From: Nitrososphaerota archaeon
GTDB taxonomy: Archaea > Thermoproteota > Nitrososphaeria > Nitrososphaerales > UBA57
DNA: 21,311 nt
Assembly (NCBI GenBank): GCA_002713205.1
Contig: PAVW01000006.1
Location: 104,657 to 125,967 of the forward strand
Reading direction: 5' to 3'
Each line of letters opens with the position of its first letter. Position 1 is the stretch's first letter. The notes under the pieces were generated by a model. That model did no database searches, had not been told where the DNA came from, and saw nothing but the letters and a program-made list of their open reading frames with translations. A program made the position numbers and the translations under genes. Below, piece after piece: positions 7,658 through 15,537 of the stretch.

Positions 7658-8044
7658 ATGGATTTTGTTAAAATGAATCTGCCTCTAATTAGATGGGAGT
7701 CAAACTCTAGAAAATGGATAAAAGAAACAGCTGTTCCAGGCAGTATAAAAATAATGAGAAGAAAATCACAATCACAAGCTTCAAATCAAAAGACTGTAAC
7801 AATTGGAGAGGGATTAGTACAATGTCAAAATTGTGGTGAAGGATTTGAAATATGGGGTACAAATAAATCTAGCTCTCCGAGTTTCTGCAGTTTTCAATGT
7901 ATGAAAAAATGGATAGACTATCATATCGATAACAAAGACAATACAGCTGGAAAAAAACGGAAATCATCAATGTCCATACCATCAAATTCTAAATTACCAA
8001 TGATCAGATGGGATAGATCTTCAAGAAAATGGATAACAGGGTAA
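7658..8044 (+). CDS. TRASH/FCS-like zinc-ribbon protein with a duplicated terminal LPxIRWxxxSRKWI motif
   Basis: The centre carries CQNC-x17-CSFQC (C-x2-C...FCS-x2-C, as in the TRASH/L24e-type ribbon). LPLIRWESNSRKWI (nt 7679-7720) is repeated as LPMIRWDRSSRKWI (nt 7994-8035). An alternative start is M6 (7673). Confidence 0.55.
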   Translation: MDFVKMNLPLIRWESNSRKWIKETAVPGSIKIMRRKSQSQASNQKTVTIGEGLVQCQNCGEGFEIWGTNKSSSPSFCSFQCMKKWIDYHIDNKDNTAGKKRKSSMSIPSNSKLPMIRWDRSSRKWITG

Positions 8045-8082
8045 CAATTTCATATTATTCAAAATAATTAATAATATTTTTA

Positions 8083-8472
8083 GTGAGTGAAAAGATGAAA
8101 AATAAAAATAGACGTAACAACAATATATTAGAAAAATTTAACATATCTTATAAAGTATTGATAGCTTCAATGTTAATATTTTTCAGCGGATTATTAATTT
8201 TTTTTGATGAGGGTGGAAGTTTCATGTATGGAATTCCGAGAGAATTCATTATACCAATATACATATTGCAGTTGTCATTAGCGCCTCTTTATCTAAAGAG
8301 GTACAAAAATGTGTATATACTTGGAATTATAACTGCAATTTTTATTGCGGTTACATACAAAGATAATTCATTAATTGCTCGAACTATACCAATTATACAA
8401 TATTTTATAGGCTTCTCTACTCTTTTAGCATATCGAGAAACATTAGAAATAACAAAAAAGATATCAGATTAA
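8083..8472 (+). CDS. Small integral membrane protein (about 4 hydrophobic segments), hypothetical
   Basis: GTG-start ORF (alternative ATG at 8095) with several hydrophobic stretches. It ends 15 nt before the ABC ATPase gene on the same strand. Confidence 0.45.
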   Translation: MSEKMKNKNRRNNNILEKFNISYKVLIASMLIFFSGLLIFFDEGGSFMYGIPREFIIPIYILQLSLAPLYLKRYKNVYILGIITAIFIAVTYKDNSLIARTIPIIQYFIGFSTLLAYRETLEITKKISD

Positions 8473-8487
8473 CAGTAGAAGATAAAA

Positions 8488-9411
8488 ATGACAGAAAAGT
8501 TTGCAATTAGTGTAAAATCATTAATTAAACAGTATGGAAAATTCACAGCAGTAGACGGAATTTCTTTTAAAGTCAAATCAGGGGAAATATTTTCTTTACT
8601 AGGTCCTAACGGAGCAGGAAAAACTACAATAGTTGAAATAATCGAATGTTTAAAGAAACCAACGAAAGGAGAAGTGGAAGTTTTTGGAATAAATATAAGA
8701 GATTTGAAAAAACAAATTAATATAAAAAGAAAAATCGGCGTAATGCCACAAAATTTTAATGCTTTTGATTGGTTGACAGTGAAAGAAAATCTAGAATATT
8801 TTAAGAATATTTATTCGAGTAATAAATCAGTCGTAAAACTTATTGAAGATATAGGATTAGACGGAAAAACAGATGCTTTGTATAAAACTTTATCAGGCGG
8901 AATGAAACAAAGATTGGGAATTGCAATTTCCCTAATAAATGAACCAGAACTACTTTTCTTAGATGAGCCAACTGCAGGACTAGATCCACAAGCGAGAAGA
9001 GATACATGGAATTTAATAAGAAAATTGAAAGAGCAAGGGAAAACTATTTTTTTAACTACACATTATATGGAAGAAGCTCAAGAATTATCAGACAGGATAC
9101 TCATAATTATTAATGGTAAGATAGTTACGGACGGATCACCTAATAAATTAATTGAGGAGTTTGGTGGAAAGAAATTAATAATATTAAGAAATTGTAAGGA
9201 ATCATTACTAGAAAATCACAGTTTAAAATATGAAATCAATTTTAAAGGGGAAGTGCAAATTCCATTCGAGAATAATGAACATCTTTTCAAAATACTTAAC
9301 ATATTCACTGATATTCCAGATATTGAAATTGAAATTAAAAAACCAGATCTAAACGAGGTTTTTCTTAACCTAACAGGAAAACGAATGACTGCTGAAGGAT
9401 TAGTAAAATGA
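8488..9411 (+). CDS. ABC transporter ATP-binding protein (ABC-2/DrrA-NatA-like exporter subunit)
   Basis: Walker A GPNGAGKTT, Q-loop MPQ, signature LSGGMKQRL, Walker B LLFLDEPTAGLD and H-loop TTHYM. Confidence 0.9.
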   Translation: MTEKFAISVKSLIKQYGKFTAVDGISFKVKSGEIFSLLGPNGAGKTTIVEIIECLKKPTKGEVEVFGINIRDLKKQINIKRKIGVMPQNFNAFDWLTVKENLEYFKNIYSSNKSVVKLIEDIGLDGKTDALYKTLSGGMKQRLGIAISLINEPELLFLDEPTAGLDPQARRDTWNLIRKLKEQGKTIFLTTHYMEEAQELSDRILIIINGKIVTDGSPNKLIEEFGGKKLIILRNCKESLLENHSLKYEINFKGEVQIPFENNEHLFKILNIFTDIPDIEIEIKKPDLNEVFLNLTGKRMTAEGLVK

Positions 9412-10496
9412 AAACAGCATTGATAATTTTCACAGTGTTTAGAGGCCATCTAAAAGCATGGAAAAGGAATAAAACAACATTATTCTGGACATTAGCATTT
9501 CCATTGCTGTTAATGTTACTTTTTGGCGGTATTTTTGCACTTCAATCAGATAAGATGGATTTGTATATTGAAAATCAAAATATAGTAAACAATCAACCAA
9601 CGTTAGCATCTTTGCAAATAATTGAATTAATCAACATAACAGATGCATTTAACATAATAGAGACTAATGAAATTGAAGATAGTGATAAGCAAAGAATTAG
9701 AACAATTATAATACCAAAGAATTTTGAACAGGATTTAGACAGTGGAAATTCATCAATTATTTTAATTATGGACGAATCGCATCAAAGTTTTTCACGAACG
9801 ATTTCTTTAGTGAAGGGAATAATTAATGAAATAAATTTAGAACAGCAGAATTCAAAACAGCCATTAACATTAATTCAAAAGCATATCATATCATCGGATT
9901 TAAGTCGTATAGAATATTTTGTGCCGGGAGTAATAGGTATTGCAATAATGTCAACTGGAATTTTTGGAACAATTGGAACAAATACTAAATATAGGAAAAA
10001 CGGTGTAATTAAGAAACTAGCTACCACTCCACTTTCAAAATTTGAATGGATTATTGGACTAGTTCTTTATCATGCAGTAATTGGAATTGTATCTGCAATA
10101 GTTATTTCTATTGTCGCATCAATTGTTTTTGGTATTAAATTAATATGGAGTCCTATAATTATTGTATTATTAATTGCAGGAGCACTAACTTTTCCAGGAA
10201 TTGGTATGATAATTTCAACTGTTGTACGTGAAGAAGAAGAAGCAGACGCTGCAGGAAATATAATAACATTTCCAATGTTATTTTTATCTGGTACATTCTT
10301 TCAAATAGAAACAATGCCAGGTGCCATGCAAATTATTGCAAGAGCACTACCATTAACTTATTTAAATAACGGATTAAGAGAAACAATGATTTTTGGTAAT
10401 TCTCAAGCAGCTTTATTGAATTGTGGAATTGTTGTCATAATTGGCATATTATCAATAGCTATAGCAATGAAAATAACAAAATGGACTGATTTGTAA
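9408..10496 (+). CDS. ABC-2 type transporter permease
   Basis: The start overlaps the ATPase stop (ATGA at 9408-9411). It has an N-terminal TM helix, a large extracytoplasmic loop and then five further hydrophobic helices, the typical ABC-2 permease layout. Confidence 0.8.
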   Translation: MKTALIIFTVFRGHLKAWKRNKTTLFWTLAFPLLLMLLFGGIFALQSDKMDLYIENQNIVNNQPTLASLQIIELINITDAFNIIETNEIEDSDKQRIRTIIIPKNFEQDLDSGNSSIILIMDESHQSFSRTISLVKGIINEINLEQQNSKQPLTLIQKHIISSDLSRIEYFVPGVIGIAIMSTGIFGTIGTNTKYRKNGVIKKLATTPLSKFEWIIGLVLYHAVIGIVSAIVISIVASIVFGIKLIWSPIIIVLLIAGALTFPGIGMIISTVVREEEEADAAGNIITFPMLFLSGTFFQIETMPGAMQIIARALPLTYLNNGLRETMIFGNSQAALLNCGIVVIIGILSIAIAMKITKWTDL

Positions 10497-10518
10497 GTTT
10501 ATTCTGAATTGAATTGAT

Positions 10519-11436
10519 ATGATTACAGTCATTACAGGCGGAACTGGTTCAATAAAACTAGTACGTGGTCTAGACAGTGTTCTAGATGAAAAGATGACAA
10601 TAATTACAAATGTGGGCGATAACATTTGGTTATTTGGATTATACATATGTCCAGATATTGATACAACTTTGTACGGTTTATCTGGACAATTAGATCAAAA
10701 AAGAGGCTGGGGAATTTATAATGATACATTTAATTGGATGACTTCAGTGAATAAGTTTTCTGACAATGCATGGTTTCAGATAGGGGATAAAGATCTAGAC
10801 ACTCACCGACTAAGAACAAAACTATTCAAAGATGGAATGAAGCTTTCTGAGATAACAAAATTAATGTCTAATAGAATGAATATTAAACATCACATCATAC
10901 CTGCATCTAATCATGCTATAGAAACCACAATAACAACAAACGATAGACAAATGCATTTACAAGAATTCTGGGTAAAAAATAAAGGAAATCTTCCGATTAA
11001 AGATGTAACTTACAAAGGAATAGAAATAGCAGAACCTGCAGATAATATTACAAATGTCATAAAAAATTCAGATAAGATAATAATTGCACCTGGAAATCCA
11101 ATTTCAAGTATTGGGCCAACTATTGCAATAACAAAATTAAAAAAATCATTAAAAGAATCAAATGCGAGAAAAATAGCATTAAGTCCAATAATTAGAAACA
11201 AACCAATAAGCGGACCAGCGGGTAAGATGATGAGGGCGAAAGGCTATTCGGTGTCAAATATTGGAGTTGCAAAATTTTATTCAGATTTTATTGATGAATT
11301 AATAATAGATTCATCCGATATAAAATATATGGATAAAATTACAAAAATGGGGATTAAAGTACATCAAACACAAATTTTAATGAAAAATTCATTAAATGAA
11401 ATAGAATTGGCCAAATATATATTAAGTGATAATTAA
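10519..11436 (+). CDS. cofD: 2-phospho-L-lactate transferase (LPPG:FO transferase), coenzyme F420 biosynthesis
   Basis: N-terminal ITVITGGTGSIKLVRGL, followed by NVGDN and DTxLY blocks characteristic of CofD/YvcK-family enzymes. About 305 aa and immediately followed by cofC. Confidence 0.8.
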   Translation: MITVITGGTGSIKLVRGLDSVLDEKMTIITNVGDNIWLFGLYICPDIDTTLYGLSGQLDQKRGWGIYNDTFNWMTSVNKFSDNAWFQIGDKDLDTHRLRTKLFKDGMKLSEITKLMSNRMNIKHHIIPASNHAIETTITTNDRQMHLQEFWVKNKGNLPIKDVTYKGIEIAEPADNITNVIKNSDKIIIAPGNPISSIGPTIAITKLKKSLKESNARKIALSPIIRNKPISGPAGKMMRAKGYSVSNIGVAKFYSDFIDELIIDSSDIKYMDKITKMGIKVHQTQILMKNSLNEIELAKYILSDN

Positions 11437-12089
11437 TGACAGTTGGAGTTATCATACCGGTAAAGAGATTAAGAGATAGTAAAAAGAGACTTTCTTCAGT
11501 GCTTAGTAAATCTGAAAGAAGTAGATTGGTCAAAGCAATGTTTTTTGATGTATTAAAAGCAATTAAAAATGCAAATTGTATAGATGAAATTTTGGTAGTT
11601 ACGCCTGATAATGAATTAATCGAATTGGCGAAAATTGCAGGAATAAGTTATCTTAAAGAGAATCGAAATAATGGTGTAAATGCTGCGGTGTTTAAAGGAA
11701 ATAAGTATTTTATGCAGAAAAATATCAACACGACTTTGGTAATTCCTGCAGATATACCATTAATTGATAAGGTTTGTGTAGAAGAGATTGTAAATTTATC
11801 AAAGAAATATCAAATTGTAATAACACCCTCATTGAAAGGAGACGGTACAAACATATTGGCAAGAAAGCCGCCAAACATACTAGAGACATTTTATGATGAA
11901 GATAGCTTTCATCAACATTTAGTAAAAATAAAAGAAAATAAATTACAATTTACTGTTTTTAGGAAATTTTCATTGATGTTAGACATTGATTCTCCAGAAG
12001 ATTTATTTCAGTTAAAAGACAAGAAAAAGAATTTGAAAACACATGCCATGATAGAAAATTTCGATATAATATCAAATATCAATATATAA
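11436..12089 (+). CDS. cofC: 2-phospho-L-lactate guanylyltransferase, coenzyme F420 biosynthesis
   Basis: N-terminal VIIPVKRLRDSKKRLSSVLSKSERSRLVKAMFFDVL matches the CofC signature (IPvK...aKtRL...L....R..L..aml.Dvl). The start overlaps the cofD stop (TAATG). Confidence 0.75.
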   Translation: MTVGVIIPVKRLRDSKKRLSSVLSKSERSRLVKAMFFDVLKAIKNANCIDEILVVTPDNELIELAKIAGISYLKENRNNGVNAAVFKGNKYFMQKNINTTLVIPADIPLIDKVCVEEIVNLSKKYQIVITPSLKGDGTNILARKPPNILETFYDEDSFHQHLVKIKENKLQFTVFRKFSLMLDIDSPEDLFQLKDKKKNLKTHAMIENFDIISNINI

Positions 12090-12354
12090 TAGAAAAAGAA
12101 TCATAACTCTCTTGTATATTTTTCCAATTCACTTGAACGTCAGAAACTTTACTCCAAGGACTTCCACGTTTACAGAGTTTAATCATTTCAAGTACATTTT
12201 CTTGTGTTCCTACAAGTAACACCTCGACTCTTCCGTCATTTAGATTTTTTATCCAACCTTGGATTTGATTTCTTCGTGCTTGATTTTGTATATAGACTCT
12301 AAAACCGACCCCTTGAACAATACCTGAGATAAACAAGTGTGCTACATTATTCAT
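12079..12354 (-). CDS. acyP: Acylphosphatase
   Basis: 91 aa with SGIVQGVGFRVYIQNQARRNQIQGWIKNLNDGRVEVLLVG, the canonical acylphosphatase V-x-G-x-V-Q-G-V-x-F-R / G-W-V-x-N motifs. Confidence 0.85.
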   Translation of the reverse strand: MNNVAHLFISGIVQGVGFRVYIQNQARRNQIQGWIKNLNDGRVEVLLVGTQENVLEMIKLCKRGSPWSKVSDVQVNWKNIQESYDSFSIIY

Positions 12355-12412
12355 ATTTTCTTTAACTATGAAGAATAGTTATAAAATCTATTGCAGAATA
12401 ATAATTAGTTAA

Positions 12413-13588
12413 TTGTGGAGAGAAATAACATCAAAAATAACATCAAATGAAATTTCTAAACTAGCCTCTGAATTAATAAAAATTCGAAGTGATGAAGAAG
12501 CTGGAGAAAAGGAAATTTGTTATTTCCTATTTAATTATTTAAAGGCATTAGGTTTTTCAGTGGAAATACAAAATGTTTCACATAATAGACCAAATATAAT
12601 TGCTCGTATTAATGGGAATAATAATGGAGAAAGTTTAATGTTCAACGGACATTTAGACACAGTTCCAATTGGCAATATAGAAAATTGGAAATTTGAGCCT
12701 TTTAAACCAGTAATAAAAAATAATAAATTATTTGGAAGAGGTGCAACAGATATGAAAGGCGGTATAGCATCTGTAATAATTGCAATTAAGAAATTTATTG
12801 AAAAGAACGAAAAATTTAACGGTGAAATTATATTTGTGGGAGTAATGGGAGAAGAAACCAAAGGATTAGGTTCGGAAAAAATAATTAAAGAAGGAATAAG
12901 AGCCAACATGGCAATAGTTGGTGAACCATCAGATGGAAACATCTACAGAGCGCATAAAGGAACGCTATGGTTTGATCTTAAAACATATGGCATAGCTGAA
13001 CATTCAAGTCAAATAAAGACTACATCAAATAATGCAATTCAAAATATGTCATATTTTATTGAAGAGATCAGTAAAATGAATTCAGAATTGAAGAAAATAA
13101 ATAGTTTTGTTGGACATCCTACAATTAATATAGGAAAAATTACTGGAGGAATTAAACAAAATATGATTCCAGATAAATGTGTTATTTCAGTTGACAGAAG
13201 ACTATTACCAAATGAAGATCCTCATGAAGTAATTAATAATATTACAAAACGTCTTCAGCGTTTAGAGGAAAAAGATAGTCGTCTGAAGTTTGACATTGAC
13301 ATTAAAATGATCAGGGAAGGAACAGAAGTGAATGAATCTGAAAGAATTGTGTCAGTAGTAAGTAATGCAATAAAACTCGTTTTAAAAACAAGTCCAAATA
13401 TATCAGGTATGCAAGCAACTACAGATATGTCAATTTTAGTAAATAAGGGAAATATTCCCACAGTGATTTATGGTCCAGGATATATCAAACAAGCACATAT
13501 TGATAATGAATTTATCGAATTAAGTCAATTAGTTGATGCGTCCAAAGTATATGCAACAATTTTTAGTGAATTACTATTGAATAAGTGA
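12413..13588 (+). CDS. M20 family metallohydrolase (ArgE/DapE/LysK-like deacylase)
   Basis: MFNGHLDTVP, GRGATDMKGG and GEE(T) metal-ligand blocks with a C-terminal GPG...AH, at M20 spacing. TTG start as given in the ORF track. Confidence 0.75.
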   Translation: MWREITSKITSNEISKLASELIKIRSDEEAGEKEICYFLFNYLKALGFSVEIQNVSHNRPNIIARINGNNNGESLMFNGHLDTVPIGNIENWKFEPFKPVIKNNKLFGRGATDMKGGIASVIIAIKKFIEKNEKFNGEIIFVGVMGEETKGLGSEKIIKEGIRANMAIVGEPSDGNIYRAHKGTLWFDLKTYGIAEHSSQIKTTSNNAIQNMSYFIEEISKMNSELKKINSFVGHPTINIGKITGGIKQNMIPDKCVISVDRRLLPNEDPHEVINNITKRLQRLEEKDSRLKFDIDIKMIREGTEVNESERIVSVVSNAIKLVLKTSPNISGMQATTDMSILVNKGNIPTVIYGPGYIKQAHIDNEFIELSQLVDASKVYATIFSELLLNK

Positions 13589-13622
13589 TTTACGATAAGG
13601 GCCACGAGTACGTTTCCTTGCC

Positions 13623-13668
13623 TTTTTTCTTTTAGAAACATCTTGAAGAATTTTATCTTGGTTTTTTT
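13623..13668 (+). terminator. Oligo-T tracts downstream of the M20 gene (archaeal-type termination signals)
   Basis: T6 at 13623-13628, T4 at 13630-13633 and T7 at 13662-13668, starting 35 nt after the stop codon. Assigned from sequence pattern only. Confidence 0.3.
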
Positions 13669-13756
13669 CCTGAATCAGTTTTAGTTCACAATATAATAAT
13701 GTGTAGCTTTAAATGAATCTTTATTCTTTGATAAGATACGAGCCGTCAGAACACGT

Positions 13757-13856
13757 GGCCGATTACTAGTCAAATCGTGGTGTAGTGGTAACATCGGGGC
13801 TTGTGGACAATTAGATAAATAGCTTCTGATCGTGGGTTCGATACCCACCGGCGGCC
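13757..13856 (+). tRNA. tRNA-His(GUG) with genome-encoded G-1 and two introns (acceptor stem 4/5 and canonical 37/38)
   Basis: T-arm is GTGGG-TTCGATA-CCCAC (13832-13848). The 3' acceptor strand is CGGCGGC with C73. The 5' acceptor strand is GCCG (13758-13761) plus TCG (13775-13777), split by 13 nt (13762-13774). G13757 pairs with C73 as G-1. D-arm is GTGT-AGTGGTA-ACAT. The anticodon arm is GGGGC-TTGTGG[14-nt intron 13807-13820]A-GCTTC. Both introns have 4-bp helix/3-nt bulge geometry. Confidence 0.8.
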
Positions 13857-13858
13857 TC

Positions 13859-13865
13859 TTTTTTT
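13859..13865 (+). terminator. T7 tract immediately 3' of tRNA-His
   Basis: A run of seven T begins 3 nt after the discriminator base, the usual archaeal oligo-T termination signal. Confidence 0.4.
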
Positions 13866-13903
13866 ATAATATTTAATATATAATTATACGAAATTAGAGA
13901 TTA

Positions 13904-14272
13904 ATGATTAAAAAAATATTTGCAAAATATAAAAAATATATTATTTTTTCCAGTATTTTAATTATATTTATTATATTATTAATTACAGGTCTTTCAGTTA
14001 ATAATACAAAAATTATTATAATTAATAATTATAATTTTGAACCAAATGAAATCGAAATAACAGAGGGCGTTAGAGTGGTTTGGGTTAATTTAGATATAGA
14101 ACCACATAATGCAAATCCTGAAAATGATAATCAAGAAAAAATTTCATTAATTCCAAGAAATGCAGGACCATTACAAACATTTTCATATAAATTTACAGAA
14201 AAAGGAGAATATCGATATTATTGTACTATACATCCATATATGAAAGGAAAAATTACTGTGTACTCGAAATAA
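13904..14272 (+). CDS. Type-1 (blue) copper protein, plastocyanin/amicyanin-like cupredoxin with an N-terminal membrane anchor
   Basis: N-terminal hydrophobic helix (IIFSSILIIFIILLITGL). Candidate upstream His ligand in IEPHNA, and C-terminal ligand loop YYCTIHPYMKGKITV (Cys, His, Met). Confidence 0.8.
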   Translation: MIKKIFAKYKKYIIFSSILIIFIILLITGLSVNNTKIIIINNYNFEPNEIEITEGVRVVWVNLDIEPHNANPENDNQEKISLIPRNAGPLQTFSYKFTEKGEYRYYCTIHPYMKGKITVYSK

Positions 14273-14330
14273 ACAAATCATAGAAATTAAGGATACAAGA
14301 ACTTATTTTAATGAGATATTTTGAATTATG

Positions 14331-14412
14331 ATTGCATGACATTCGCAGCTACGACGGGCGATCTGATCTCTAAAAAGAGGATGACGATAATTCGCGGATG
14401 TCATGTAATACA
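14331..14412 (+). ncRNA. Candidate structured small RNA: long hairpin with an internal K-turn and ACA immediately 3'; class unresolved
   Basis: 14331-14346 (ATTGCATGACATTCGC) pairs with 14394-14409 (GCGGATGTCATGTAAT): 16 bp including 2 G-U pairs. The interior has CTGA (14363-14366), an apical stem-loop TCTCT-AAAA-AGAGG and GATGACGA (14380-14387), which gives tandem sheared G-A pairs plus C63-G86, T62-A87 and A61-T88. ACA lies at 14410-14412. The element is GC-enriched against an AT-rich intergenic background. K-turn polarity exists only on the plus strand. Confidence 0.4.
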
Positions 14413-14485
14413 ATTAATAAATCGATAAATCTAGAAGTAACAATATAAAACAGAGTATTTTCTTATTAATGTAAGTAATTAGATA

Positions 14486-15481
14486 ATGATAAAAAATTTA
14501 AAACTTGCAGCTTTATCTTTAGATGGAAAGGCAATAAAAGAACAATCATCAAATATAAATCAATTAATTCTTAATATGAAAAATTTTTCTTTATCTTGGT
14601 TAGAATGTGTTGTAGATGATGTTCAAGCAGAATCAAAAGAAATTATTAAACAATTTGGAATTACACTAGATCCATCAGTAGTTCTAGGAGGTTATTATTC
14701 AAATTATGAAGATTCGGAAGATGTATTAGGTGTTACAATACCATTAATTAATTTCTCAGAAGGTGTAGTTGTTCCTTCACCAGTTTTGATCTATATTTCA
14801 AAAAATAATATAATTTCTATACAAAACGAAAAGGTGGATAAATTATTGCGATTATCAAATTTTGCAGATGGGATAATGAAGAAACTACCACAGAGTAAAG
14901 AAACAGGTGTAGATCGACAAACAATATTGTTTTCTCGAATAATTGATGAAATTGCTGAAAGAAATTACGATACATTAAGACTAATTGTAGAAAGAGCTCA
15001 GACTATTGAAATTGATATGAGTAGTGAAAAAACTACAAATAAAGATATTACAGAAAAAATGACACAGGTCAAAAGAGCAATCCTAACATTCTTAACAGCA
15101 ATTTGGGCAACCCGTACTACTGTTCATTCATTAAGATATGGAGATCCTGAAATGTTAAGCGATGAGGAAGAAATACTTTCTAAATTCGATATTGTATTAG
15201 CAGATCTAGATCGTCAAATTCAATTGGCAGAACAAGTATTAGAAGGTCTTTCGACCAGTGTAAATGTAATTCAAACAAATATTACAAATCGTCTGTCAAT
15301 GATAATTCTTTGGCTTTCTGTAATTGGAACAGCAGTATTAGTCCCCAATACATTGGCTACGATTTTTGCAATTATTCCGAATCCAGAATACATATACAAT
15401 GAATTGATGTTGATATTAGTTATATCTACTATATTATCGTCAGTAATTGCATATTTTGGCGCAAAAAGAATATTGGGTTAA
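14486..15481 (+). CDS. CorA-like divalent cation transporter family protein with a divergent pore motif
   Basis: A soluble N-terminal domain and long helices are followed by two C-terminal TM helices separated by a short loop, the CorA/ZntB architecture. The position of the canonical GMN motif reads IPN (nt 15374-15382). Confidence 0.5.
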   Translation: MIKNLKLAALSLDGKAIKEQSSNINQLILNMKNFSLSWLECVVDDVQAESKEIIKQFGITLDPSVVLGGYYSNYEDSEDVLGVTIPLINFSEGVVVPSPVLIYISKNNIISIQNEKVDKLLRLSNFADGIMKKLPQSKETGVDRQTILFSRIIDEIAERNYDTLRLIVERAQTIEIDMSSEKTTNKDITEKMTQVKRAILTFLTAIWATRTTVHSLRYGDPEMLSDEEEILSKFDIVLADLDRQIQLAEQVLEGLSTSVNVIQTNITNRLSMIILWLSVIGTAVLVPNTLATIFAIIPNPEYIYNELMLILVISTILSSVIAYFGAKRILG

Positions 15482-15537
15482 AAAAAGGACAATATCTAAT
15501 AAAAAAAATATTCATAAATAATAATATATATTCACAT

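Noticed and set aside
9216-11201. Minus-strand ORFs 9216-9449, 10452-10646 and 11010-11201
   Set aside because: They lie antisense to the ABC ATPase/permease junction, the permease/cofD junction and cofD respectively. None has a motif, and all overlap strongly supported genes.
12535-13461. Minus-strand ORFs 12535-12942 and 13255-13461
   Set aside because: They lie antisense within the M20 hydrolase gene, whose metal-ligand motifs fix the plus-strand frame.
13574-13717. Minus-strand open frame ending in a very basic tail (...SKRKKARKRTRGPYRKSLIQ) in the spacer after the M20 gene
   Set aside because: It has no ATG, GTG or TTG anywhere in the frame and overlaps the 3' end of the M20 gene. The GC-richer patch (13599-13620) is better explained as 3'-UTR/terminator context. 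I cannot exclude a small protein with a non-canonical start, but there is no positive support.
13600-13760. 7-nt complementarity between GGCCACG (13600-13606) and CGTGGCC (13754-13760) just upstream of tRNA-His
   Set aside because: The match is short, about 150 nt apart and has no supporting extended pairing. It is probably chance, and CGTGGCC is already used by the acceptor-stem intron helix.
14328-14405. Interpretation of the K-turn hairpin as a box C/D sRNA
   Set aside because: Internal D'-like CTGA and C'-like ATGACGA boxes exist. However, there is no RUGAUGA C box 12 nt upstream of D', and no CUGA D box 12 nt downstream of C' (that position reads GTCA). The minus strand has no boxes either.
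14331-14409. Interpretation of the 16-bp inverted termini as a miniature inverted-repeat element
   Set aside because: The element is only 79 nt, has no flanking target-site duplication that I can see, and no second copy occurs in the window. The interior has specific RNA motifs. This remains a formal alternative, testable by a genome-wide copy count.
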